Below, in pieces: positions 29,365-39,151 of a stretch of DNA of 64,000 bases. The notes beneath the pieces are model-generated. The model had not been told where the DNA came from. It searched no databases and saw only the letters and a program-made list of their open reading frames with translations. The position numbers and the translations under genes are program-made. This DNA is from an uncultured Holophagales bacterium (lineage in GTDB: Bacteria; Acidobacteriota; Thermoanaerobaculia; Multivoradales; UBA5704), in the NCBI GenBank assembly GCA_963842525.1, contig CAWJGT010000021.1:34716-98715 (forward strand). Direction: 5' to 3'. Every line of letters starts with the position of its first letter. Position 1 is the stretch's first letter.

Positions 29365-30918
29365 GATGCTATGCAGGGCGGGGATGCAAAAGCGGGTCGC
29401 CGGTTGTATGTTTCGGGGGAACTTTAGCGGTTAGAAAGGAGAACCCCGATGAACCAGACAACCCGCATTGCAGAGTCTACGCGAACGGAGGCGGTGTTAC
29501 ATATGGCCCTGGAGCTCGGCGCCAGCGAGTGGAAGCTGGGGTTTGGTGTAGAGGCTGGACGGAGGGCAAGTCAGCGGACAGTTGCAGCCGGGGACCTTGC
29601 CGGGCTGATGCTGGAGATCGCGCGGGCCAAACATCGCCTTGGCGTGCCGGAGTCGGCTCGGGTGGTGAGTTGCTACGAGGCCGGACGGGATGGATTCTGG
29701 CTCCACCGGTTCCTGCTGTCGGAGGGAGTGGAAAACGTTGTCATGGACTCCTCGAGCATCGAGGTGAATCGGCGGCATCGCCGGGCCAAGACGGATGGGG
29801 TGGACGTGGAGAAGTTGCTGTCGTTGTTGATCCGTTACGAGCGCGGGGAGAAGAAGGTGTTCGGGGTAGCGCACGCGCCGACCCCCGAGCAGGAGGACGA
29901 GCGTCACCTGGCTCGGGAGCTTGAGTCTCTGAAGCAGGAGCGCACGGCCCACACCAATCGGATCAAGGGCCTGCTGGCCAGCGTGGGGGCTCGGGGGGTG
30001 AAAGTCGGCAAGGGCTTTCTGCAGCAGCTGGATCAGGCGAGGCAGTGGAACGGCGAGAGGCTGCTGGCGAGCTTGCGGGAGCGTTTGAGGCGAGAGGGCG
30101 AGCGTCTGGCTGTGCTGGAGAGTCAGATTGCCGAGCTCGAGCGGTTTCGCCGGACGGCCAGCGTGGAAGCGACGGAGAAGGTGCAGCGGCTGCAAGAGCT
30201 CAAGGGGATCGGAGGCAACAGTGGTTGGCTGTTCGTGGTGGAGTTCTTCGGCTGGCGGCAGTTCCGCAACCGCCGTGAGGTGGCCGGTTTGGCGGGTCTG
30301 ACGCCGATGCCTTATCAGAGCGGTGACACGGTCAACCACGAACAAGGGATCAGCAAGGCGGGGAATCGTCGGGTCCGGGCGATGGCGATCGAGATCGCTT
30401 GGGGCTGGTTGCGCTTCCAACCGCAGAGTCGCCTGAGCTTGTGGTTTCAGGAGCGTTATGGTCCTGGGAGCCGCCGATCTCGGCGGGTGGGGATCGTGGC
30501 CCTCGCCCGCAAGCTGCTGATCGCGCTGTGGCGCTATCTGGACTACGGTGTGATTCCTGAGGGTGCTGAGCTGAAGACGAAGTAATCTGGGAGGAAAAAG
30601 CTCGGAGAGAAACGACTGGTGGAGCGTGCCCGGCCCAGGGCTTGGTTCGGCTTCCGAACCGTTCTCTCAGATGGGGCCGCTCCGAGAGCTTGCCTGAGTC
30701 GCTCGACAGCGCATGCTGCATTTGGTGTCCTGACCCAAAGAGGTCAGCACGGATAGAAGCTGGAAAGGACGACTCCCCAGGTCCCTGCACACTCCGGGCA
30801 AGCGCCAGACGGACTGAGAACCAAGAAGCGAGAAAACCGGTGACAGGAGGGGGGCCAGGAAAGGGAAAACGACGAACCACCACCCCGAGACGCTTGACAC
30901 CGGTGGCCCACATAGAAG
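29365..30918 (+). mobile_element. IS110-family insertion sequence (about 1.55 kb) inserted inside a REP-like unit
   Basis: The minus-orientation REP unit is split. Its left part ends ...ggcctgcggcctca at 29364 and its right part resumes gccctgagctatgttctcccggcccgttgggcc at 30919. There are no terminal inverted repeats, as expected for this family. Confidence 0.75.
29449..30585 (+). CDS. IS110-family transposase (DEDD N-terminal domain plus transposase_20-type C-terminal domain)
   Basis: Matching motifs are VVSCYEAGRDGFWLHRFL, KTDGVDVEKLL, LKGIGGNSGWLFVVEFF, GLTPMPYQSGDT, ISKAGNRRVRAMAIEIAW and VALARKLLIALW. The start may be the internal ATG (MALELGA). Confidence 0.9.
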   Translation: MNQTTRIAESTRTEAVLHMALELGASEWKLGFGVEAGRRASQRTVAAGDLAGLMLEIARAKHRLGVPESARVVSCYEAGRDGFWLHRFLLSEGVENVVMDSSSIEVNRRHRRAKTDGVDVEKLLSLLIRYERGEKKVFGVAHAPTPEQEDERHLARELESLKQERTAHTNRIKGLLASVGARGVKVGKGFLQQLDQARQWNGERLLASLRERLRREGERLAVLESQIAELERFRRTASVEATEKVQRLQELKGIGGNSGWLFVVEFFGWRQFRNRREVAGLAGLTPMPYQSGDTVNHEQGISKAGNRRVRAMAIEIAWGWLRFQPQSRLSLWFQERYGPGSRRSRRVGIVALARKLLIALWRYLDYGVIPEGAELKTK

Positions 30919-31138
30919 CCCTGAGCTATGTTCTCCCGGCCCGTTGGGCCGGATGGAGACAACCCTATACATCCGGCCCGGCTCGTGCGCGGCCTCGCTA
31001 CCGTCACCTGGCGGCGAATGCTGCCGAAACGCTCGGGGCGGTTTTCGGCTGAATCGAGCCCTGGAGATCGAGGATCATGCGCGCGGGCCACGTGGCCGGC
31101 CCGTCCGGCCCAACGGGCGGTGCATGGCGAACCCGTCC

Positions 31139-31238
31139 GGCCCAACGGGCCGGGAGAGCATAGCCCAGGGATGAGGCCGCAGGCCGATGCCCTGGGTCAA
31201 CAGGCCCCATAAATCCGGCGGCCTGAAAGGCCGCGAGA
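31139..31238 (+). repeat. REP-like unit, copy 2 (a partial extra copy lies at about 31102-31135)
   Basis: See 29029-29129. Confidence 0.8.
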
Positions 31239-31537
31239 AATCTTCCCTAAACTCCCCCAACCAAAGGTTTTCGCAGGACCCCCTACCCAGAGGGGCAGGC
31301 CCTCCCTCCTCTCTAGAGTGGATCTTGCCTCCTCTCCAGAGAGGAGGCGGAGGCCTCGAAAAATCATCGCTAGAGAGGATGGTCACGCCGCGTCGTATGC
31401 GCTAGCCTGAGCTGCAATCAGGAGCAGCCTGAACGAAAGGCCAAGGAGGGGGAGCTCCCCCGGCTTGACGACACAACGAAGGGAGGCCAGGCATGATCAA
31501 TTGCTTGGCAGCTCTTTTTTCGGAAAGGAGATGGCCG

Positions 31538-32416
31538 ATGAGCGCATCCAGATGGTTCGTGTGCACGGTTGTGACCGCGATTTCCCTGATTGGCGCGGGA
31601 TCGGCGACGGCGGACGACTTCGTGGTGCCGGCCGGAGGAGGCTGGATGGTCGATACCGTATCGGTCGTCGGCCAGTATTTCAACGGGCCCGGCGGCCCTG
31701 CCCCCACGGTCCGCGTGACCTTCTACGACAACGCGGGGACGTTGCCCGGATCGGCCATCGCCGCCTGCGACTACCCAGCGATCGTTCCGGTCGATGCCGG
31801 AGGCAGCTTTACGCTCAGCCTGGACTCCGCGTGCATGCTGGCGCCGGGAACCTACTGGGTTGCGGTGGTGGCGAACATGGACTTCTCCTCGGGGGGCCAG
31901 TGGGGTTGGGGCATGCGCACGGCCACTTCGAACAACCCCGCAGCGTGGCGAAACCCGGGCGGTGGCTTTGGGACCCCGTGCGGGAGCTTCGGGGCTCGCG
32001 GCGCAACCTGCGGTAACGTACCAGAGGCGCCCGACCCGTTGTTCTCCCTCTCCGGCGTCGTGAACGAGGTCGACAACTGCCCGCTGGTCGCCAACCCCGG
32101 CCAGGAAGACTTCGACCACGACGGCATCGGCGACGCCTGCGACAACGACGTCGACAACGACGGGCACTCGAACAACCACGACATCTGCGACTTCACCCCC
32201 CCGGGCACGGTCGTCGGCCGGCTCACCGGCTGCTCGATCGCCGAGCTCTGTCCGTGCGACGGTCCGCTCAGCTCACACCACGGTTGGCACAACCATGCCC
32301 AGTACGTGAGCTGCGTGACCGTGATGGCGACCGCCTTCCGGCTGGAGCGCCTGATCACGACCCAGCAGAAGGTGCAGATCATCAACGCCGCCGCCCAATC
32401 GAGCTGCGGCCGGTAG
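31538..32416 (+). CDS. Secreted protein with an unknown N-terminal domain, thrombospondin type-3 repeats and the same Cys-rich C-terminal domain as 27491-28959
   Basis: An AAGGAGA sits 6 nt upstream of the ATG at 31538. The signal peptide is [25 protein letters not shown]. It carries [31 protein letters not shown]. The last roughly 195 nt are about 98% identical to 28765-28959. Confidence 0.75.
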   Translation: MSASRWFVCTVVTAISLIGAGSATADDFVVPAGGGWMVDTVSVVGQYFNGPGGPAPTVRVTFYDNAGTLPGSAIAACDYPAIVPVDAGGSFTLSLDSACMLAPGTYWVAVVANMDFSSGGQWGWGMRTATSNNPAAWRNPGGGFGTPCGSFGARGATCGNVPEAPDPLFSLSGVVNEVDNCPLVANPGQEDFDHDGIGDACDNDVDNDGHSNNHDICDFTPPGTVVGRLTGCSIAELCPCDGPLSSHHGWHNHAQYVSCVTVMATAFRLERLITTQQKVQIINAAAQSSCGR

Positions 32417-32457
32417 CGCGCCTTCTCCAACGATCACCTATCCGCGAGCAACCACCG

Positions 32458-32488
32458 GGCCGGGCTCTTTCGGGAGCCCGGCCTTTAT
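32458..32488 (+). terminator. Rho-independent-type terminator
   Basis: The stem is ggccgggctc-tttcgg-gagcccggcc, followed by tttat. Confidence 0.55.
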
Positions 32489-32503
32489 CCCAAGGAGCTC
32501 TCG

Positions 32504-34643
32504 ATGCACGGTCCTTCGATCGCCAGAAGTGTTCGGCCATCCCTTTTCGGGCTGGCGTTCATGTTGCTGGTGGGGCTCGTCCTGGCCGCGCCCGCCGCCG
32601 CCCAGCCCACCAAAGACACCGAAACCTACAAGATCTCGAACGTCTTCGACGCCCGCGCCCGCTCCGCCATCGCCGCCACCGGCGCGGACGTCTTCGAGGT
32701 CGGCCACGACTACGTCCTGGTCGAGGCGACACCCCGTGAGGCCCGGGCCTTGAAGCGGCTGGGCTTTGCGCTGGTCAAGTTCCGGACGCAGACGGAATTC
32801 CTCAAAGTCTTTCCGGCCGCCGACTCGGCCTACCACGACTACGCCGAGATGGTGGCCGAGCTGGAGCAGGCCGCGTTCGACCATCCCGACATCTTCTCGC
32901 TGTTCAGTCTCGGCACCTCGTACGGGGGGCGCACAATCTGGGCCGGCAAGATCTCCGACAACGCCGGCGCCGACGAGGCCGAGCCCGAGGTGCTGTTCAT
33001 CCACCATCAGCACGCCCGCGAGCATCTGACCGTCGAGATGGCCCTCTACACCCTGAAGATGCTGACCGACGAATACGGCGTCGATTCGCAGATCACCGGC
33101 CTGGTCGACAGCCGCGAGGTCTGGATCGTCTTCGACCTGAATCCCGACGGCGGTGAGTACGACATCGCGACCGGCAGCTACGCCTCCTGGCGCAAGAACC
33201 GCCAGCCCAACGCCGGAACGAGCGCCGTCGGCACCGACTTGAACCGCAACTGGGGGTACTCGTGGGGCTGCTGCGGCGGCAGCAGCGGCACGCCGAGCAG
33301 CACGACCTATCGGGGAACGGCCGCGTTCTCCGCCCCCGAAACCGCGGTGGTGCGCGATTTCGTCGACAGCCGGGTGATCGGCGGCGTGCAGCAGATCACC
33401 TCCAGCATCGACTTCCACAGCTACGGCGAGCTGGTCCTCTGGCCCTTCGGCTATTACCTTCACCGACGTGCCGCCCGACATGACCCAGGACGACCACGAC
33501 GCCTACGTGGCGATGGGCCAGGCGATGGCGGCGACCAACGGCTACACGGCCGAGCAGGCGAGCGAGCTCTACATCACCGACGGAACGATCGACGACTGGA
33601 CCTACGGCGTCCACAACATCTTCACCTACACCTTCGAGATGTACCCTGTGACGTCGGGACAAGGCGGCTTTTATCCCCCGGACGAGGTGATCCCGGCCCA
33701 AACCGCCCGCAACCGCGCGGCGATCCTCTACTTTCTCGAACAGGCCGCCTGTCCGTACGCCACAATCGGCAAGCAGGCCCAGTACTGCGAGAACCTGCCG
33801 GCCGCGCCGGGCGCGCTTTCGGCCACGCCGGGCAACGGGCAGATCGGTCTCGCCTGGACGGCCGCGAGCGGCGCCACCGGCTACCGCGTCCACCGCGGCA
33901 CGAAAAGCGGCGGGCCGTACACGACCGTCCGCAGCAACCTCAACCTCACGAGCTTCACCGATACCGGCCTGGCCAACGGCACGCCCTATTTCTACGTCGT
34001 GACCGCGACCAACGGGGTGGGGGAGGGGCCGAATTCGAACGAGGCGTCGGCGACGCCGGTGGTTCCGCCGACCGTCGTGACCTTCACCTCGATCGCCGCG
34101 CAGGACGGCTGGGTGCTCGAATCCGGAGAGAACACCAACGTCGGCGGCTCGATCGACTCGACCGCCACCACCACCAGCGCCCTGCGGCTGGGCGACGACA
34201 CGAGTGACCGGCAGTACAAATCGGTCGTCGCCTTCGACACCTCGTCGATCCCCGACGGCGCGACGATCCTCTCGGCCAATCTGCGCCTGCGCCGCGGCAC
34301 GTCTTCCGGCACCAACCCCTTCACCACTCACGGCACCTGCTGGGTGGACGTCCAGACGGGGAGCTTCTCGGGCTCGACGACGCTCCAGACGGGAGACTTC
34401 CAGGCCGCGGCGACCGTGGTCCAGGCGGCGAGCCTCGGCAACGCCGCCTCGAACGGGAGCTGGTCGGAAGGCAGCCTGAACGCGTCCGGGCTCGCGGCGA
34501 TCGACAAGACGGGCACGACGCAGATGCGGGTCTATTTCAATCTCGACGACAACGACGACGGAGGCAACGACTACATCGGCTACTACTCGGGCAACAACTC
34601 GACCTCGGCCAACCGGCCGCAGCTCGTGGTGACGTACCAGTAG
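32504..34643 (+). pseudogene. Secreted M14 zinc carboxypeptidase + FN3 + DNRLRE/CBM96-like domain, copy B; frame break near 33453
   Basis: It has AAGGAG and a signal peptide. M14 motifs are [29 protein letters not shown] and [16 protein letters not shown]. One extra base is present (ggctattacc versus ggctacacc in copy C). The sequence then continues in ORF 33468-34643. Confidence 0.85.
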
Positions 34644-34660
34644 CATTCACCGGAGAATTC

Positions 34661-34695
34661 GAGGCCGGGCGCCTGCGGGAGCCCGGCCTCTTTCC
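34661..34695 (+). terminator. Rho-independent-type terminator
   Basis: A perfect 10-bp stem (gaggccgggc / gcccggcctc) with a 10-nt loop is followed by tttcc. Confidence 0.5.
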
Positions 34696-34713
34696 ACACG
34701 AGGAGAGAGCGCA

Positions 34714-36847
34714 ATGAAAATTCAACGATCCTACCGTTGGCTGTGCGGGCTCGGGCTGGGGCTCACACTGCTCTTCGGGCTCGGCCTGGCGGCTCCCGCC
34801 GCCGCCCAGCCCCTCAAAGAGACCGAGACCTACAAGATCTCGAACGTCTTCGACGCCCGCACCCGTTCCGCCATCGCCGCCACCGGCGCGGACGTCTTCG
34901 AGGTCGGCCACGACTACGTCCTCGTCGAGGCGACAGGGAAGGAGGCCCGGTCCTTGAAGCGGCTGGGCCTGGAGCTCGTGCGGTTCAGAACGCAGGAGGA
35001 ATTCCTCAAGGTATTTCCCTCCGCGGATGCGAATTACCACGACTATGCCGAGATGGTGGCCGAGCTCGAGCAGGCCGCGTTCGATCACCCGGCGATCTTC
35101 TCGCTGTTCAGCGCCGGCCTGTCCTACCAGGGGCGCACGGTCTGGGCCGGCAAGATCTCCGACAACGTGGGTACCGACGAGACCGAGCCCGAGGTGCTCC
35201 TCACGCATCATCAACACGCCCGCGAGCACATCACCGTCGAGATGGCCCTCTACACCCTGCGCATGCTGACCGACGAGTACGGAACCGATCCCCAGATCAC
35301 GAGCCTGGTGGACGGCCGCGAGATCTGGCTCGTCTTCGACGTGAACCCGGACGGCGGCGAGTACGACATCGCCACCGGCACCTACGCCTCCTGGCGCAAG
35401 AACCGCCAGCCCAACTCCGGCACGAGCGCCGTCGGCACCGATCTGAACCGCAACTGGGGGTACAGGTGGGGTTGCTGCGGCGGCAGCAGCGGCACGCCGA
35501 GCAGCGAGACCTACCGCGGGGCGGCGCCCTTTTCGGCTCCCGAGACCGCGGTGGTGCGCGATTTCGTCGACAGCCGCGTGATCGGCGGCATCCAGCAGAT
35601 CAAGACCCACATCGACTTTCACAGCTACGGTGAGCTGGTGATGTGGCCCTACGGCTACACCTTCACCGACGTGCCGGCCGACATGACCGTGGACGATCAC
35701 GACGCGTTCGTGACCATGGGCCAGGCCATGGCGGCGACGAACGGCTACACGCCGCAGCAGGCCAGCGAGCTGTACATCACCGACGGCGGCATCCGGGACT
35801 GGCTCTACGGCGCCCACCGGGTCTTCAGCTTCACCTTCGAGATGTATCCGGTGACGTCGGGGCAGGGCGGATTCTATCCTCCGGACGAGGTGATTCCGGC
35901 CCAGACCTCCCGCAACCGCGCGGCGCTCCTCTACCTGCTGGAGAATACCGCCTGCCCCTACGCCGTGATCGGCGAGCAGTCTCAATATTGCGAAGCGGTG
36001 CCGGGCGCGCCGGGATCGGCTCACGGCCACGCCGGGCAACGGGCAAGTGGGCCTCACCTGGACCGCGGCGAGCGGCGCGACCGGTTACCGCATCCACCGC
36101 GCCACGGTGAGCGGCGGGCCCTACACGACGATCCAGAGCAACCTCGCCGGCACGAGCTTCACCGACACCGGCCTGACCAACGGGACGACCTATTCCTACG
36201 TGGTGACCGCGACCAACGGAGTCGGGGAGGGACCGAATTCGAACGAGGCTTCGGCCACACCGGTCGCTCCGCCGACCGTCGTGACCTTGACCTCGGTCGC
36301 CTCCCACGACGGCTGGGTGCTGGAATCGTCCGAGACCTCCAACGCCGGCGGCTCCAGCGACAGCACCGCCAGCACCACCAGCGCCCTGCGGGCCGGCGAC
36401 GCCACCAGCGACCGCCAGTACAAATCTGTCGTCTCGTTCGACACCTCGTCGATTCCCGACGGCGCCACGATCCTCTCGGCGACCTTGCGGCTGCGCCGCG
36501 GCACGTCCTCCGGCACCAGCCCGTTCACCACCCACGGCACCTGCTGGGCCGACGTGCAGACGGGGAGCTTCTCGGGCTCGATGACGCTCCAGACGGGCGA
36601 CTTCCAGGCCACGGCGACCGTGGTCCAGGCGGCGAGCCTCAGCAACGCCGCGAGCAACGGCACCTGGTCGGAAGGCAATCTCAACGCTTCAGGCCTCGCA
36701 GCGATCGACAAGACCGGGACGACGCAGCTCCGGATCTATTTCAACCTCGACGACAACGACGACGGAGGCAACGACTACATCGGCTACTACTCGGGCAACA
36801 ACTCGAGCTCGGCCAACCGGCCGCAGCTCGTGGTGACCTACCAGTAG
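34714..36847 (+). pseudogene. Secreted M14 zinc carboxypeptidase + FN3 + DNRLRE/CBM96-like domain, copy C; frame break near 36014-36020
   Basis: The peptidase domain is intact through [11 protein letters not shown]. The FN3 sequence ([27 protein letters not shown]) is then in another frame and continues as ORF 36047-36847. Confidence 0.85.
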
Positions 36848-36925
36848 GCCCTGGTTTGCCGCGAACGCGGGCCGATTCGTGGTGAACCGGCCCGCCTTGC
36901 GTCGTCCCAGCGCTTTCTGCCCACC

Positions 36926-37100
36926 CCTGCCAGTTGCATAAGAATGTGAGCAGTAAGCGTGAAAAAGACCGCGCCTGTTGGATTCACAGAGCATTTGGCC
37001 GCTGTCTTTGGACTCCACCACCAGTGCGATCCAGAAACAGCGGAAGAGGCCCCGGAGGGGCCAGTCCGGGGCCTTTCCCGCGTTCTTATGCAACTGGCAG
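36926..37100. repeat. 175-bp element bounded by perfect 19-bp inverted repeats (MITE-like or long-stem RNA)
   Basis: cctgccagttgcataagaa (36926-36944) pairs with ttcttatgcaactggcagg (37082-37100). The interior has lower GC and contains the hairpin aggccccgg-aggggccagt-ccggggcct. Confidence 0.75.
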
Positions 37101-37101
37101 G

Positions 37102-37578
37102 TCAAAGGTGGCCGTGCCGTCGCCGCCAGTACTCGCGGAACGACCGCAGCCGTGGTAGAGACTCGCGGTCTTTCGCGCGGCCGCTCGCTTCCTTGCTGGC
37201 GATGATGTCGTCGAGGTGGCAGACGGAGAAGCCTTCGACTTCGACCCGCCGCCGCCAGGCGTCTGCGAAACGCTCGATGCCGTCGGGGGCGAAGACGAGG
37301 TCGAGGTCGAAAGGTCCGTTCTTGAGCTGCACGAAGTCCTTGCCGCGCTCGATTTGCGCCGCCTGCTCGTCGTCGAGGGCGAAACCCAACTCGCGCAGGG
37401 CGGCGACGATGGCCTGGCCGTTTTCGGGACTCTTTTCCACGAAGAGGTCGGCGTCCTGAGTGGTGTCGGGGAAGCCGAGCAGAATGGCGCCGGACTTGCC
37501 GAGGAAGAGATAGCGCACGCCGTGGCGGGCGAAAGCGTCACGGATCTCCTCGGCCTGCCGGTATTCAAACGCGCCCAT
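37102..37578 (-). CDS. Minimal nucleotidyltransferase-fold protein (DUF6036/MNT-like), possible toxin-antitoxin component
   Basis: VRYLFLGKSGAILLGFPDTTQDADLFVEKSPENGQAIVAALRELGF and the ASGRAKDRESL tail fit the small NTase family as I recall it. Confidence 0.5.
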   Translation of the reverse strand: MGAFEYRQAEEIRDAFARHGVRYLFLGKSGAILLGFPDTTQDADLFVEKSPENGQAIVAALRELGFALDDEQAAQIERGKDFVQLKNGPFDLDLVFAPDGIERFADAWRRRVEVEGFSVCHLDDIIASKEASGRAKDRESLPRLRSFREYWRRRHGHL

Positions 37579-37810
37579 ATCCCAGCCAGTCCGGCAGGTT
37601 CTGCTCGCACCAGCGGCGGTAATCGGCGGTGGTGTCGAAGGCGCGGAACGGCTCGTCGTCGAGCACCGGCTTGTAGGTGTGGATGAAGGCGTAGCGGAAG
37701 CGGGTCTGCAGCGGCCGGCGGGCAGCGGCCTCGAACTCGGCTAGCCACTCCGCCGGAATGTCGTCCTCTCGTGGCGTGGCGGCCCTCGGCTGCGCCGTCT
37801 CAGATCCCAT
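37565..37810 (-). CDS. Small hypothetical protein overlapping the downstream NTase-like gene by 14 nt
   Basis: The 81-aa ORF overlaps the next gene by 14 nt (GTATTCAAACGCGCCCAT region), which suggests coupling. No family recognised. Confidence 0.4.
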   Translation of the reverse strand: MGSETAQPRAATPREDDIPAEWLAEFEAAARRPLQTRFRYAFIHTYKPVLDDEPFRAFDTTADYRRWCEQNLPDWLGYGRV

Positions 37811-37886
37811 GGCCGATGATTATAGAGGAGCGATGCACTTTCCAAACACCTCAGAGGGTGTCTCAAAAGTCCCGTGGCGGCCGGCA

Positions 37887-37967
37887 GAGCCCTCTCCCCC
37901 GACCCCTCTCCCGCGCGTCCACCACCCCCCACCCCGAGCGGGAGAGGGGGCCAGGGGGAGAGGGCTC
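37887..37967. repeat. Single nested-hairpin unit of the CCCCTCTCCC...GGGAGAGGGG family
   Basis: The sequence is gagccctctccccc-gacccctctcccgcgcgtccaccaccccccaccccgagcgggagaggggg-ccagggggagagggctc. Confidence 0.8.
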
Positions 37968-38703
37968 ACAGCGGCGGCCCCCTCCACCAGCACTTCTCGG
38001 GATGGTCGGCCCCGAGGAGCGACTCGCGGATGGCGAGGGCGCGGTGGAAGATCGGCACGGCGTCGCCTTTGCCGGAGAGGTGCGCCAGCGAGCCGAGGCG
38101 GACGAGGGTCTCGGCGACCTCCACGTCCTCGGGGCCGCGGAGCCGCTCGCGGATCTGCAGGGCCTCCTGGAGCAGCGGCCGGGCCTCGTCATAGAGGCCG
38201 AGGCTGGTGTGGATGCCGCCGAGGGTATTCAGAAGCTGCGCTCGCAGGAGCGGCTGGTCGCGCAGCTCCTTGCCGAGGCGCTCGGCGCCGCGGTGCAGGA
38301 TCTCGCGGACGTCAGGCGGCTCGCCGCGGGCCTGCCGCGGGTCTGAAGCCTGGAAGAGGTCCTCCAGGAAGTGTGCGGTGGCGTCGGCCCGCGCCGCCTC
38401 CAGCCGGGCGCGCCGCGCCTGGACCTGGGTGGTGACGAGGCCCGCCGCGAGCGCCAGGATCACCAGCGCCGCCGATGCCACCAGGCCCCGGTGCCGCCGC
38501 GCGAGCTCGCCGAGCTGGGTGAGCACGCCTTCGGCCGCGGGCAGCGGCACGGTGACCTCGATCTCGGTGCCGGCGCCAGGGGATGAGGCGATGCGGCACC
38601 GGCCGCCGAGCAGCTCCGTGCGTTCCTCGATGCTGGCGAGCCCCAGCCCGCCGGCCTGCCGTGCCGCGCCAGGATCGAAGCCGCCGCCGTTGTCCGCCAC
38701 CAC
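37966..38703 (-). pseudogene. Chimeric remnant: histidine-kinase HATPase_c tail fused to a TM+TPR fragment of a Ser/Thr-kinase-type protein
   Basis: The N-terminus VADNGGGFDPGAARQAGGLGLASIEERTELLGGRCRIASSPGAGTEIEVTVPL is the G2 box and end of a kinase. The rest is collinear with residues following the TM of 22316-25063 (FLEDLFQASDPRQARGEPPDVREILHRGAERLGKEL). Confidence 0.6.
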
Positions 38704-38767
38704 CAGGCGGGCCGCCGGCGGCGGTCCGCAGCGTCACCCGGGCCGCCCTGGCGTTAGCCTTGACGGT

Positions 38768-38786
38768 TATAGCCAGTGTGGCTATA
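38768..38786. promoter_or_regulatory. Perfect 8+8 palindrome TATAGCCA-gtg-TGGCTATA, 9 nt upstream of the padR start
   Basis: Read directly from the sequence. Its position fits an autoregulatory PadR operator. Confidence 0.5.
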
Positions 38787-38794
38787 GTAGGGCC

Positions 38795-39151
38795 ATGAAC
38801 GATCGCGAGCTCATCGAAAATCTCCTGCCGCTGCCACCGGCCACCTTCCACATCCTCCTCGCGCTCACCGACGAAGAGCGCCACGGCTACGCCATCATCC
38901 AGGACGTCGAGGAACGCACCGGCGGCGAGCTGCGGCTGAGCGCCGGCACGCTCTACCGTTCGATCGCCCGCATGGTGGAGCAGGGCCTCATCGCCGAGGT
39001 CGTCAAGCGGCGCCCGGTGGCCGATGACCAACGGCGGCGCTACTACCGCCTCACACCATTCGGCACCGCCGTCGCGCGCGCCGAGATGCGGCGCCTGTCC
39101 CAGCTCGTGCAGATGGCCCGCGCACGCGGGCTCAAACCCGAGACCACGTGA
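38795..39151 (+). CDS. PadR-family transcriptional regulator
   Basis: The winged HTH is FHILLALTDEERHGYAIIQDVEERTGGELRLSAGTLYRSIARMVEQGLI, followed by RRRYYRLTPFG. The stop overlaps the next start (GTGATG). Confidence 0.9.
   Translation: MNDRELIENLLPLPPATFHILLALTDEERHGYAIIQDVEERTGGELRLSAGTLYRSIARMVEQGLIAEVVKRRPVADDQRRRYYRLTPFGTAVARAEMRRLSQLVQMARARGLKPETT

Noticed and set aside
26655-36847. Diversity-generating retroelement acting on the three near-identical C-terminal cassettes.
   Set aside because: There is no reverse transcriptase ORF or template-repeat arrangement in the window. Differences between copies are spread along the whole module rather than focused in a short variable region.
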